Of a stretch of DNA of 20,000 nucleotides, positions 10,046 through 18,794 are shown in pieces (positions within the stretch are counted from its first letter, which is position 1; each line of letters opens with the position of its first letter). Source of the DNA: Chiloscyllium plagiosum. Taxonomy: Eukaryota. The position numbers and the translations under genes were made by a program. A model generated the notes under the pieces. It was not told the origin of the DNA. It ran no database searches and saw only the letters and a list, made by a program, of their open reading frames with translations. The DNA is taken from contig NC_057718.1 of NCBI RefSeq assembly GCF_004010195.1, positions 9,342,366 to 9,362,365 on the forward strand, read 5' to 3'.

Positions 10046-10572
10046 TCAATTCTGGTCTCCCTGCTATAGGAAGGATGGTGTGAAACTTGAAAGGGTTCAG
10101 AAAAGATTTACAAGGATGTTGCCAGGGTTGGAGGGGTTGAGCTACAGGGAGAGGCTAAATAGGCTGGAGCTATTTTCCCTGGAGCATCGGAGGCTGAGGG
10201 GTGACCTTATAGAGGTTTACAAAATCATGAGGAGCATGGGTAGGATAAAGAGACAAAGTCTTTTCCCTGAGGTCGGGGAGTTCAGAACTAGAGGGCATAA
10301 GTTTAGGGTGAGAGGAGAAAGATATAAAAGAGACCCAAGGGGCAACTTTTTCACACAGAGGGTGGTGTGTGTATGGAATGAGCTGCCAGAGGAAGTGGTG
10401 GAGGCTGGTACATTTGCAACATTTAAAAGACATCTGTATGGGTATATGAATAGGAAGGATTGAGAGGGATTTGGGCCAAATACTGACAAATGGGACTAGA
10501 TTAGGTTAGGATACCTGGTTGGCATGGACATGTTGGATTGAAGGGTCTGTTTCCGTGCTGTACATCTCTATG
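10046..10572 (+). mobile_element. CR1-clade LINE (HER1-like), 5'-truncated, relatively young
   Basis: Uninterrupted 127-codon ORF2 C-terminus at 10080-10463 (LERVQKRFTRMLPGLEGLSYRERLNRL...RRLRGDLIEVYKIM). Confidence 0.96.
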
Positions 10573-10580
10573 CCTTGCTC

Positions 10581-10614
10581 TTCCTGATGAAGGGCTTTTG
10601 CCTGAAACGTCGAT
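10581..10614 (+). ncRNA. Minimal type I hammerhead ribozyme motif (putative)
   Basis: CUGAUGA 10584-10590, extra A, stem II GGGC/UUUU/GCCU 10592-10603, GAAA 10604-10607, CGUC with predicted cleavage after C10611; stem I only 2 bp. Activity unproven. Confidence 0.7.
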
Positions 10615-10690
10615 TTTCCTGCTCCTCGGATGCTGCCTGACACTCTAATCTAGACTCCGGTTTCCAGCATCTGCAGTCCTTGTTTTTACC
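10581..10690 (+). mobile_element. PLE-derived terminal repeat fragment
   Basis: Near-identical to 13540-13670 apart from an internal deletion. Confidence 0.85.
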
Positions 10691-11348
10691 CTTATAAAAT
10701 ACCTGACATCCTGAAGGACTCACAGCTGATGAAGTACAGTGGCTATTGCAATGTAGGGAGCCAACTTACCGAGCAAGATCCCACAAACAGCAACATGAGG
10801 ATGGCTAGATAATCTGTTTTAGTGATGTTGATTGAGAGGTAAATATTGACCAGGACACCAGGGAGTATTCACCAACGTTTCTCCAAAATAACGCCATAGG
10901 ATCTTTGGCCTCCACTGGAAGGCAGACAGAGCCTTTGGTTAAACACTCCTCAGCCCCTGGGGAGTGCTGCACTCCACCAGTACTCGACACATCGATTCCT
11001 TTTGTGCACAAGTTCTGAGGCAAATAGGACTTGAACCCACAGCCTTTCAATACAGAGGCATCAGCAGTACCTTAACTGGCCCACAGACTGAGGGAGAGAG
11101 TTAGCAGACGAGAGGAAATAAACTAATGAGGGAAGACAGAAGGATAAGCAGATTGTTTTCACAGAATGCCAGACTAACATCTTGCAAAGCGTCCAGCCAT
11201 TTTCTGCACAAGGCAAATAGCAATATGATGAATGAAAGTTGCTATATAAATGCAATTCTTTCTTTATATATTCAGAAAACTCTATTTTGATAAATTTCAG
11301 TAAATAAGTAGAATCCATGGGATTGTGAGCATTATATTGGACATTCCT

Positions 11349-11820
11349 TGAAACTTGAAGATTTACAAGGATGTTGCCAGGGTTGGAGAATTTGAGCTAC
11401 AGGGAGAGGCTGGAACAGGCTGGGGCCGTTTTCCCTGGAGCGTCAGAGGCTGAGGGGTGACCTTATAGAGGTTTACAAAATTATGAGGGGCATGGATAGG
11501 GCAAATAGACAAAGTCTTTTTCCTGAGGTTGGGGAGTCTAGAACTAGAGGGCATAGGTTTAGGGTGAAAGGGGAAAGATATAAAAGAGACCTACAGGGCA
11601 ACTTTTTCCACACAGAGGGTGGTACGTATATGGAATGAGCTGCCAGAGGCTGGTACAATTGCAACATTTAAGAGGCATTTGGATGGGTATATGAATAGGA
11701 AGGATTTGGAGGGGTATGGGCCGGTTGCTGGCAGGTGGGACTAGATTGGGTTGGGATATCTGGTCAGCATGGACGGGTTGGACCGAAGGGTCTGTTTCCA
11801 TGGTGTACCTCTCTATGACT
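11349..11820 (+). mobile_element. CR1-clade LINE (HER1-like), 5'-truncated
   Basis: Colinear with 10081-10572, with small indels; tail ctctatgact. Confidence 0.95.
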
Positions 11821-11930
11821 TATGCCTGAAACGTCGACTCTCCTGCTCCTCAGATGCTGCCTGACCTGCTGCGCTTTTCCAGCACCACACTTTTTGACTC
11901 CGACTCTCCAGCATCTGCAGTCCTTATTTG
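11821..11930 (+). mobile_element. PLE-derived terminal repeat fragment, truncated within hammerhead stem II
   Basis: tatgcctGAAACGTCgactctcctgctcctcagatgctgcctgacctgctg...ccagcatctgcagtcct. Confidence 0.85.
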
Positions 11931-12564
11931 CTCATATTGTACATTGGTGTCGTACAGAGAGTCTAAAGAGTTTTAGTACTGCAAGTGCTTGTTACTTCGA
12001 AAGTTGAATTTATTAGTAGAGTTGCTTTTCATTGAGCCTGGATTATCCACTTCAGTTCAGGAGCAGTATTTATTTCAGAGTTGCATGACCTTGGTGATTA
12101 ATAATCCCATTTGTACACTAACTGCTGAATCACTCCACAAACCCAACTCTTTTATAAATTGACAGAACATGGGAGGCAAATGGTTTACAAGCTAAAGAAA
12201 TCTTGCCTAAACTTATTAACAATTAACCAGAGATGTGAAGTTCAACAGAATTCAGCAATTGCTTAACGACGAGTACAAAATGTGTGGTCTTGTTGGACAC
12301 AATGATTGCAGAGACTCCACCAAAACAATACTGACCTGTCTGTGTGTAGCATTATGAGGGGCGTCATTACTGCAAACCCTTCATACAGCATAGAAATATC
12401 AGCACCTGTACATCTTGGATTGTCGACCAACATGTTCCAGATCTTGACAACTCTTGCAGTTGAAAAAGAATCAGTCTCATTCCTCTGGTTAGATATTTCG
12501 TAGACAGATTATGACACATCAGGAGGTCGGCAGGACACAGATGTCATGGGAACAGTGCTAGTCT

Positions 12565-13128
12565 TCTCCTGTGAGTGCCAGAATCTCTCCTCATAGCAGA
12601 GTAACAATTCTAATGTCTGGCACCCCTGTGCCCGTCCAGGCCACGTCAGTGCTATAGTCGGCTCCGTGTTCCAGGAATGAGAACACGGAAAGGATGGAGC
12701 GTGGTGAAAGCAGGCAGCACAGCTGAAAGATGGTGAGGTGCCCCAAGGGAGTGAAGTGGAGGGCATGCAGGCTTAGTGGCATAGGAGTTCGGGAGGTGGT
12801 ATGGGGAGGGCGAGACCAGGCGAGGGAAGATGCTGCAGAGGGAAGTGGGTGCAGTAGTGGAGGTGGAGTGAGTGTGAGGTAGCAGAGGGAAAAGTGTGGC
12901 ATTTATCCTGGTACAACGGCGAGGATCATTGAGCTTTTGAGGGGCATCAAGACCCTACTGACCCAGGTGGCAATCCTGGACTGCAGCTGCCAGGTTCTGG
13001 GTGGTGTGGCCTGCCGTCTCTGCCAGTCCCTCCAAGAAGAGGAGCCCTCTCCTACGTACCAACCCCTCAACCAGCACCTTCAGATCTCTGTCTAAGGATC
13101 ATGGTGACACCTTCCCCTTTTCAGACAT
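12565..13128 (-). pseudogene. Decayed PIF/Harbinger Myb/SANT-like (NAIF1/MSANTD-type) DNA-binding gene
   Basis: From ATG at 13128: MSEKGKVSP*SLDRDLKVLVEGLVRRRGLLF, then after frameshifts SRIATWVSRV and QKLNDPRRCTR; then a C/T-rich intron-like tract; then TGTGVPDIRIVT/YEE/ILAL. Confidence 0.65.
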
Positions 13129-13306
13129 CTTCAGAGAATGCCCTTGATGAAGGAAAGCTTCAGAATGCTCCCAACTGACTTCAAAAAGTAGCATTAGCAC
13201 CAGGGATGATGGGTTTTTTTAGCAGGTACCCAGCGAGTGGCAAGTTGTTCTCGGAGTGGTGCATGATGAGATGGAGATAGAATTGGATGCGAGGGAAGGC
13301 ATGGGG

Positions 13307-13738
13307 CAGGGAAAGCAATGGCCTAGTGGTATTATTGCTAGAATATTAGTCCATTGCTTTAGGAACCTGGGTTCAAATCCCACCATGACGGATGAATTCA
13401 ATAAAGAATTTGGATTTAAGGTTACATTGATGACCGCAATTGTTGGAAAAACCCAACTGGTTTGTTACTGCTTTTCAGGGAAGGAAATCTGCCATCTTTA
13501 CCTGGTCTGGCCGAGATCCACAACAATGTGGTTGCTGTATTCCTGGTGAAGGGCTTTTGCCCGAAACGTTGATTTTCCTGTTCCTCGGATGCTGCCTGAA
13601 CTGCTGTGCTTTTCCAGCACCACTCTAATCCAGAATCTGGTTTCCAGCATCTGCAGTCATTGTTTTTACCTAGCAATGTGGTTGCATCTAACTGCCTCTG
13701 GACGATTGGTCTAGCTAGAGATACCCAAATTCCACAAG
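13307..13738 (+). mobile_element. MetaSINE-like tRNA-derived SINE
   Basis: A box TGGCCTAGTGG (~13319), B box GGTTCAAATCC (~13370), central cagggaaggaaatctgccatctttacctggtctggcc. Confidence 0.8.
13536..13671 (+). mobile_element. PLE-derived insertion with a hammerhead motif (A6 to G)
   Basis: TSD CAATGTGGTTGC (13524-13535 and 13674-13685); CTGGTGA-A-GGGC-TTTT-GCCC-GAAA-CGTT at 13543-13570. Confidence 0.88.
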
Positions 13739-14366
13739 AGCCAAAGGGCCTGTTTCCACACTAAGTAATCTAATCTTAATCTGATTTTAAATGGATTTTA
13801 AAAAAGGGAGTTAATGAGATGGGTTTGGTAAGATACAGCGAGAAATCTCACAGGGCCTCAGACCTCCTGCAAATACTCAACACAACTCACGCTTGGCCGA
13901 GAAAAAGGTAAAATCCAGCCACTTGGCACGAGGGTAAAAGCACAGTGCATGCTGGAAATCTGGATTAAAGGAAGAAAGTGGGGAAATTTTGATGGGAATG
14001 AGGAGCGAACGATTAACATTTACTCTGTCTCACTCTCCACATGCTTCCTGGCTGAATATTTACAGGATTGTTCAACACCTTGATGTTGACTTAAGGCAAA
14101 GTCCAACTCAGTTTCAGAGAATTGTGAAAGAGAAACTTCTTTACACGGAGAACTATGAGACTTTGGATTTCACTGACCCAGGTAGTGCCCCAGTAAGGAA
14201 CTAAGGCTGTTTTTAACATTATGCAGATTTTTTTCTTTATTCATTCATGGGATGAGGGCATCGCTAGCCAGTCAGCATTTATTACCCTTCCATAATTGCA
14301 CAAAGGGCAATTAAGAGTCAACCACATTGCTGTTTGTTCTGGAATCACATGTAAACCAGACCAGGT

Positions 14367-15006
14367 GGAGAGGAGGCAGGAAGGACACAGCAAGCCAGGC
14401 AGCATCACAGCAGGTGGAGAAGTCGACGTTTCGGCTGGGAGGAGCAGAAGAGGGAGGGAGGGTGTGGGAAGGAAGTCAGGGGATGGGACGAGAGGTTATT
14501 TGAAATTGGAGAACTCAGTGTCGAGTCCTCCGGGCTGTAGGCTGCCCAGGCAGATGAGGTGTTAGATTACATTACATTAGATTACATTACAGTGTGGAAA
14601 CAGGCCCTTCGGCCCAACAAGTCCACACCGACCTGCCGAAGCGTAACCCACCCATACCCCTACATTTACCCCTTACCTAACACTACGGGCAATTTAGCAT
14701 GGCCAATTCACCTGACCTGCACATCTTTGGTCTGAAAGAGGAAACTGGAGCACCCGGAGGAAACCCACGCAGACACGGGGAGAAAGTGCAAACTCCACAC
14801 AGTCAGCCGCCTGAGGCAGGAATTGAACCCGGGTCTCTGGCGCTGTGAGGCAGCAGTGCTAACCACTGTGCCACCGTGCCGCCAATTTGCAGTGTGGCTC
14901 GTTGTGGCAATGGAGGAGGCCAAGAGTGGTCATGTTGGAGAGGGAGTGGGAAGGGGAATTGAAATGGGCGGTGACTGGGAGATCCGGTCAGCCCCTGCGG
15001 GCTCAG
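14367..15006 (-). mobile_element. Penelope-like element 3' fragment: GIY-YIG endonuclease C-terminus plus terminal repeat
   Basis: Minus translation PDLPVTAHFNSPSHSLSNMTTLGLLHCHNEPHCKL, then the SINE insertion, then HLICLGSLQPGGLDTEFSNFK* (stop 14496-14498); CCGAAACGTCGAC downstream at 14422-14434. Confidence 0.88.
14564..14884 (-). mobile_element. Young full-length HE1-like V-SINE
   Basis: Intact A/B boxes and V-domain, many CpGs retained, long AATGT/AATCT tail at 14564-14590. Confidence 0.96.
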
Positions 15007-15599
15007 CTTCCTGAAGGACATTAGTGACTCTGGTAGGTTTTTCCCGACAATCAACGACAGTCTCGTAGTAACTATTACACTCTTGATCCCAGAAGGAATA
15101 ACAAGGGTTAAAAGTTTCCTGGAACAGGACAGGTAGATGTGGCCTTGCTCACAAGCCGTGTAAACACGAAGACAGATTGGTTCACACATTCGGCTTGCAT
15201 CTCTGTTGTGAACACCACGCACTTGTTTACATTGTGTTCTCATTTTCCTTTGTTTGTGTGCCCTTTCTCCCTCACGAGTCACAGTTGAATTGTTCCATAA
15301 TTTTGCCGAGTAGATCCTGTTAGTCCTGAGCAAAGCAGAATGCACAGCAGGAACTTCCGGGAACTGCTTGTCCTTGTAGTTAATCACCCGTCTATGCTTC
15401 TCATCTGAATACCTGCCACAGAACCAGCCGAACTGCGGGTGGAAACGAACCGACGAGTAGAGAGGACGGATTCCAGCTGATTTTTCCTTTTAGCAAAATG
15501 TTTTATACCTCCATTAACCTCTTATCATATCAAAACACGATAGGCCTCTCACTTGTTTTCAAATAGTATGTTCCTGTTTCAAATCATTAACAGAAGCAA

Positions 15600-15745
15600 T
15601 CAGTTGAGGCATTCAAGAGGGCATCGGGTGATTATTTAGATAGAAAGAACTTATGGGAGTTTGGCACTAAGCTAAAATGCTGAGAGGTCCAGTACTGACA
15701 TGATGGGTTCAATGGCCTCCTTGTGCAATGTAACAATGCACTGAT
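15600..15745 (+). mobile_element. Old CR1 3' tail remnant
   Basis: gaggcattcaagagggcat...gat (FKRALD-like) and gacatgatgggttcaatggcctcctt tail. Confidence 0.55.
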
Positions 15746-15825
15746 TTTGCAAAGGGACAGAGTAAATGGTAAGCGTCAAGTGTGCAAGAAGTGATTATTC
15801 ACAGCTAGTGGGAAGTCCCTTAATA

Positions 15826-16345
15826 GAATCCCTACAGTGGGCTATTCGGCCCATCGAGTCTGCACCAACCCTCTGAAGAGCATCCCACCCAGACCCATCC
15901 CCCTACCTCTCACCATATTTCCCATGGTCTAACCCAGCAAACCTGCACATTCTGGGACACTATGGAGAAACCAAAACAAAACCTGCGGATGCTGCAAATC
16001 AGAAACAAAAGCAGATGTTGCTGGGAAAGCTCAGCAGGTCTGGCAGCATCTGTAAAGAGAGAAATCAGAGTCAACATTTCGTGCTGAGTGACTCTTCCTC
16101 AAAATGCTAACTCCGATTTCTCTCCACAGATGCTGCTGAGCTTTTCCAGCAATTTCTGTTCCTGGACACAACAGGCAACTTCCCACAGCCAATCCACCTA
16201 ATGGACATCATCTGATTGTGGGGAGGAAACCAGAGCAAACCCATGGGGAGAACGTGCAAACCCCACACAGACGGCCGCCCGAGGCTGGAATCGAACGCAG
16301 GCCATTGTGAGGCAGCAGTGCTAACCACCGAACCACTGTGCCACC
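15826..16345 (-). mobile_element. HE1-like V-SINE split by a PLE-derived insert
   Basis: Tail tagaatccctacagtg at ~15825; head (cagcagtgctaaccac) at ~16313-16345. Confidence 0.88.
15966..16160 (-). mobile_element. PLE-derived fold-back insertion, second subfamily
   Basis: Inverted arms (gctgggaaagctcagcag...cagcatctgt versus acagatgctgctgagcttttccagc); minus strand TTGAGGA-A-GAGTC-ACTC-AGCAC-GAAATGTT; degenerate TSD around ggacac. Confidence 0.7.
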
Positions 16346-16489
16346 CTCATGAATGGTCAGGCATTAGTTCCAGTTTAGCAGTTGACTTGGTTCAGAAAGT
16401 TGTGGGTGTAAGCCTGACTGCAGGAACTACCAGTGCAGTGCTGAAGGAGATCTGCACTGTCAGAAGCACCATCTCTCAGATGACGAACG

Positions 16490-16787
16490 TCTTGAAAATC
16501 ACATGAGATCGTGGTGGGACTAGACAGAGTGAATACCTGGAGCACGTTTCCTCTCGTAAGAGACACTAAAACTAGGGGACGTGGTTTGAAAATAAGAAAT
16601 AGAGATAAGGAGTTGTTTTTTTTCTCTCCGAGTTGTCAGAGTGTGGAAATCCCCTTCCCAGAAGGGAATGGAAGCTGGATCCTTAAACTTATTTAAGGCT
16701 GATTTTGATGGAATCAAGGGTTATGGGGGACAGACAGGACAGTGGAGTTGAAGACAAACCAGAACAGCCATGAAATTATTGAATTCA
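16490..16787 (+). mobile_element. Old CR1 3' fragment
   Basis: ORF 16511-16696 GLDRVNTWSTFPLVRDTKTRGRGLKIR. Confidence 0.8.
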
Positions 16788-16971
16788 AGACAAAAAAACT
16801 GCAGACGCTGGAATCCAAAGTAGACAAAGCAAGAGAAAGGAGAGTAGGTTTGATGAACGAAGGAACCTACATGTGCCCCTGATTCATATGTGTCTGTATC
16901 CACTGTCCCTTTAAGGTGGCGGGTCAACATGTAAAAGATCCTGTGTTACTATTTTGGAGAAGGCCAGGGAA

Positions 16972-17165
16972 GTTACCGCCAGTGTTTTAGCCAATGGTCA
17001 TCTCTCCACCAGCATCACTAAAACAGATTATCTAGTCATTATCCCATTACAATTACAGGATTTTATAGTGTGCAAATTATTCTTCCATATTTTCTAAATT
17101 CTAGAATTGGTTACGCTTCAAGAGGCACTTAAATGGCTGTCAATGAACTGTGAGAGGTCATAGAA
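16972..17165 (+). mobile_element. DeuSINE-like 3' half
   Basis: catcactaaaacagattatctag is the exact reverse complement of 10805-10827. Confidence 0.7.
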
Positions 17166-17584
17166 ACATAGGCACATAGAAAATTGCCATGGAAGTAGGC
17201 CAGTCAACCCTTCAAACCTGTTCAGCTATTCAGCATGGCTGATCATCCAACTCCAATTCCCACTTTCTCCCCATTTCCTTTTGATCCCTTCAGCGCTAAG
17301 AACTGTATCCAACTCCCTCTTGTAAACATGCAATGTTTTGACCTCAACCACTTTCTATAACAGAGAATTCCACAGTTTCACCAGTCTCTGGGTGAAGAAA
17401 TTTCTCAAAGTCACACAGCACGGAAACAGACCCTTCGGTCCAACCAGTCCATGCCGACCATAATCCCAAACTAAACTAGTCCCACCTGCCTGCGCTTGGC
17501 CCATATCCCTCCAAATCTTTACTCATTCATGTAATTATCTGATCATCTTTTAAATGTTGTAATTGTACCCACATCCACCACTTC
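17161..17584 (-). mobile_element. Two adjacent CR1 3' ends (17161-17407 second subfamily; 17408-17584 HER1-like)
   Basis: Similar to 2830-3450 and 3633-3975 respectively. Confidence 0.85.
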
Positions 17585-18081
17585 ACCTCCACTGCTGCTG
17601 CCTGGGACTCAATTTTGGGGCTGCCTGGGACTTGCTTTGGGGACCCTCCCCAACAGGCCTGCCCCCACCGCTGCGACCAAGGGCCTGCCTAGGACTTGCC
17701 AGAGGCTTGCCTCCACTGCTGCTTTTGCCTGAGGCCTGCCTCCACCACCCCTGCCTGGGACTCGCCTTGGGCCCCTCCCCACAACCTCCACCACTACTGC
17801 TGCTGGAGGCCCACTTCCACCACCAACGCCTGGGACTCGCCTTGGGGCCCCTCCACCACTACTGCTGCCTGGGACTCAATTTTGGGGCTGCCTGGGACTT
17901 GCCTTGGGGACCCTCCCCAACAGGTCTGCCCCCCACTGCTGCAACCAAGGGCCTGCCTAGGACTTGCCTGAGGCCTGCCTACAACGACCGCTGCCTGGGA
18001 CTCGCCTTGGGCCCCTCCCCACAACCTCGACTACTACTGCTGCCTGGGACTCAATTTTGGGGCTGCCTGGGACTTGCCTTG
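17585..18081. repeat. GC-rich higher-order tandem repeat (~2.3 units)
   Basis: GGGACTCAATTTTGGGGCTGCCTGGGACTTGC at 17604, 17871 and 18046 (periods 267 and 175), built from a recurring CTGCCTGGGACTYGCCTTGG sub-motif. Confidence 0.92.
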
Positions 18082-18756
18082 GTCGTGATCTCCAACATCC
18101 TGCCCTTCATTGCCAGCGAGCTCTTTCTCCCCCACCTCACCACCCTGGGGGAGATCTGGTCGGGTGTCCAACCGCTCCTGCTTGGTCTTAAGGACCCCAC
18201 CCTCTGACACATATACTCCTTCCGACACCAGGTGTTCATTTGCCTGGCCCGGGAGGAGGTCACCGAGGGCTCTTTCACCCTCCTCCACGAAGCCACGGCC
18301 TACTGCGCCTTCTGGACGGCGTGCGGTGCCACCTGTGCCTCGAGGTGGGGCACATTAGAAAAAACTGCCCCACCCAGAAGGCTGCCCAGCCCACACCAAC
18401 GGCTGATGGTGGTGCCACCGCACCCACTCCCCCTCCCCCGAAGTCAACACCACAGGCCCCAGCACCAGAGGCTCCCAATGCTCCAGCCTCTGGCAGGGAG
18501 GGGGGTGAGCGTCCGGCCGGCCAGAAGGCGCTCAAGAAGACGCGATGCCTCAGGCCCACCCACGGGGAGACCACCCTATCCCCTTCCCCGACACCTAGCC
18601 CATGACCTGCCCCGCCCCAGCACAACAATGGCCCTGCGGCTGTGCCAGCGTCGCCCCAGGCCGGGAACCCTGACCCCCAAACCCGTGCCTGATCCTGGAC
18701 CCACTGACCCCACATCCACCCCCCACCCCAATAGAGAAACCCCTGGGGCTTCAACA

Positions 18757-18794
<38 letters not shown>

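Larger units (their letters stand above)
10031..11092 (-). mobile_element. Near full-length DeuSINE-like element, split near its 3' end
   Basis: tRNA-like head (minus-strand B box GGTTCAAGTCC at ~11028-11038), body 10692-11092, extreme tail tgaaagacttgcatt left at 10032-10046. Confidence 0.7.
14235..15092 (-). mobile_element. MetaSINE-like element split by a PLE fragment
   Basis: Halves 14235-14366 and 15007-15092 are nearly contiguous when compared with the reverse complement of 13307-13738. Confidence 0.78.

Noticed and set aside
12445..12490. Unique-looking segment inside ORF 12306-12503
   Set aside because: The minus strand reads FSTARVVKIWNM, an old CR1 ORF2-end remnant.
14076..14181. 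Exon-like open frame IVQHLDVDLRQSPTQFQRIVKEKLLYTENYETLDFTDP
   Set aside because: The acceptor appears to derive from a decayed PLE arm, the donor (GTAGTG) is weak and the peptide is unrecognised; cannot be fully excluded without RNA-seq.
14803..15387. 194-aa minus-strand ORF
   Set aside because: Runs across unique DNA, a SINE, the PLE fragment (wrong frame) and an HE1 head; a chance ORF.
15233..15480. Polypyrimidine tract plus CAG at 15284, an ETS-like ACTTCCGG and a few CpGs in unique sequence
   Set aside because: All frames stop within 13 codons, and one motif is not enough to call an exon or promoter.
17585..18081. CRISPR-like repeat/spacer appearance
   Set aside because: The intervening segments are themselves repeated, spacing is irregular and the context is eukaryotic with no cas genes.
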